Assembly (NCBI RefSeq): GCF_000148385.1
Contig: NC_014537.1
Coordinates: 1,200,001-1,232,000, forward strand
Source of the DNA: Vulcanisaeta distributa DSM 14429
GTDB lineage: Archaea > Thermoproteota > Thermoprotei > Thermoproteales > Thermocladiaceae
Length of the DNA: 32,000 nucleotides
Direction: 5' to 3'
Below, piece after piece: positions 30,975 to 32,000 of this stretch (position 1 is its first letter; every line of letters starts with the position of its first letter). The position numbers were made by a program, and so were the translations under genes. The notes beneath the pieces were generated by a model. It saw only the letters and a list, made by a program, of their open reading frames with translations. It was not told where the DNA came from and did not search any database.

Positions 30975-32000
30975 GTGACTTTAGTGCTTAGGTGTTTCAA
31001 TGATTTCGTAAGTTTCATAGTGAAGTATCCATTTAGTAAGGAGGGGCTTACTAGGTTCAGGGAGATAACGAGTGAGAGGGGGATATACATTAATGACCTT
31101 GCAAATTCAGTAGTAGGTAGGCAATTACTTCAGCGGGCTTACGAAATACTCAGTGAGGCTATCCTGAAAAATTCAATAACTGATGATCCCGACCTCGGTG
31201 AGGATGAATTACTGGCTCATTACATAGCCATAGTACTTGCGGCGCACCTGGATAAGTCGCTATGGAGGAGGTTCGCGGATGTTGAGAGCAAGAGGTTTTC
31301 TGGTAAGTTAGCGCTTGAGGATCCTGACTGCGTGATATACATAGCTAAGGAATTCGGTATTAACGTCATGAGACTTAGAGATCTTGATATTTATGATGAG
31401 AGCCTAGCACTGGCGTTTGACGTTGGTGTTAGGGTTTGGGATTACCTGAGATTTATGCCCAAGAACGACCCCTACTGGAAGCTAGTTAATAGGTATCTAC
31501 TTAAGGGTTGGGTATTGATGACGTATAAGGACCTTGTTAGGCTTGTGGAGGAGGCTGTTGAGAAAAAGGTTCTTGAGCTAATAAGTAAGGCGCACGAGAA
31601 TCTTGATGAGACGAAGCCGTTAATCGACGCACTCGGTGGTATGAAGGAACTTATGGAATACAGGTCTGGGTTTACGACTAAGGTCAAGGTTCAAATAACT
31701 GGATTAACACCACCGTGTATGGAGGCAATAATTAATGAAATTAAGTCTGGAGGTAATCCAAGTCACCAAGCCAGGTTTGCCGTGGCTGCTTACATGCTCA
31801 GGAGGTGTCATGACCTTGAGGGTAAGCCCATTGAGGATTGTGTTGAGGATGTTGTTAATTTATTTAAGACCGTGGCTGACTTTGACGAGAAGAAGACTAG
31901 GTACCAGGTTGAGCACATAGCTGGGTTGAGGGGTGGGCGTAAGTTCTACATGCCCCCATCCTGTCATGAAATGAATAGCCTGGGGCTATGTCCGACAAAC
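30975..32000 (+). CDS. priL: DNA primase large subunit PriL (5' portion, continues past the right edge)
   Basis: My own translation of an open frame with no stop before the window end. This is why it is missing from the ORF track. Sequence includes VKYPFSKEGL..., TGLTPPCMEAIINEIKSGGNPSHQARFAVAAYM and KTRYQVEHIAGLRGGRKFYMPPSCHEMNSLGLCP, which carry the Fe-S cysteines and conserved PriL motifs. Confidence 0.85.
   Translation, partial: MTLVLRCFNDFVSFIVKYPFSKEGLTRFREITSERGIYINDLANSVVGRQLLQRAYEILSEAILKNSITDDPDLGEDELLAHYIAIVLAAHLDKSLWRRFADVESKRFSGKLALEDPDCVIYIAKEFGINVMRLRDLDIYDESLALAFDVGVRVWDYLRFMPKNDPYWKLVNRYLLKGWVLMTYKDLVRLVEEAVEKKVLELISKAHENLDETKPLIDALGGMKELMEYRSGFTTKVKVQITGLTPPCMEAIINEIKSGGNPSHQARFAVAAYMLRRCHDLEGKPIEDCVEDVVNLFKTVADFDEKKTRYQVEHIAGLRGGRKFYMPPSCHEMNSLGLCPTN

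Noticed and set aside
31472-31920. ORFs 31472..31687 (-) and 31735..31920 (+)
   Set aside because: Both lie inside the open priL reading frame, in other frames or on the other strand, and have no motif support.
1-32000. Looked for CRISPR arrays, tRNA/rRNA genes, integrases/transposases, terminal inverted repeats and toxin-antitoxin-sized gene pairs
   Set aside because: By eye there are no regularly spaced direct repeats and no GTTCGAATC-type T-arm with acceptor pairing in any spacer. I recognised no recombinase motifs. A computational scan (tRNAscan-SE, Infernal/Rfam, repeat finder) would be needed to exclude them formally.

Overview
This window looks like a core chromosomal segment of an archaeon, probably a hyperthermophilic crenarchaeon. 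That is inferred from Rpo11, Csl4, PriL, archaeal Clp1, C/D-box sRNAs, and TATA boxes about 25-30 nt upstream of start codons with no Shine-Dalgarno spacing. The genus cannot be determined without a search. All calls come from reading the supplied ORF translations and the DNA by eye; no homology search was run.

Contents, left to right:
- rpoL with a co-oriented conserved gene
- an orphan PD-(D/E)xK nuclease-like gene
- a LEA_2-like membrane protein
- a four-CBS protein with an HPF/RaiA-like C-terminal domain
- a SPOUT-like gene coupled to nuoA, a fused nuoB/C and nuoD; the nuo genes stop there
- a stand-alone NurA-like nuclease, a small membrane protein, a COG2403 P-loop protein and a PNPOx-like flavoprotein
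- a divergent acyl-CoA cluster: tandem acyl-CoA dehydrogenase pair, acyl-CoA synthetase, thiolase-fold protein, DUF35, 3-hydroxyacyl-CoA dehydrogenase
- a B3/4-domain protein, Csl4, SurE, a 197-aa unknown and IleRS
- an ASCH protein, an ATP-cone protein and a Clp1-type kinase
- a Cys-rich small protein divergent from a MoxR AAA+ / vWA pair
- the 5' part of priL

I saw no CRISPR array, tRNA or rRNA gene, transposase or integrase.

Most notable:
1. The thiolase-fold protein has no cysteine at all and has a Tyr pair 50 residues apart. It sits beside a DUF35 protein and a heteromeric-looking ACAD pair. This suggests an Ltp2-type retro-aldolase module rather than a thiolase.
2. The CBSx4 / HPF-like fusion is a candidate nucleotide-sensing ribosome hibernation factor.
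3. Four C/D-box sRNA candidates absent from the ORF track have near-canonical 7-12-4-3-7-12-4 geometry. Two of them are divergent around one shared TATA element.
4. NuoB and NuoC are fused and carry a PQK-rich tail.
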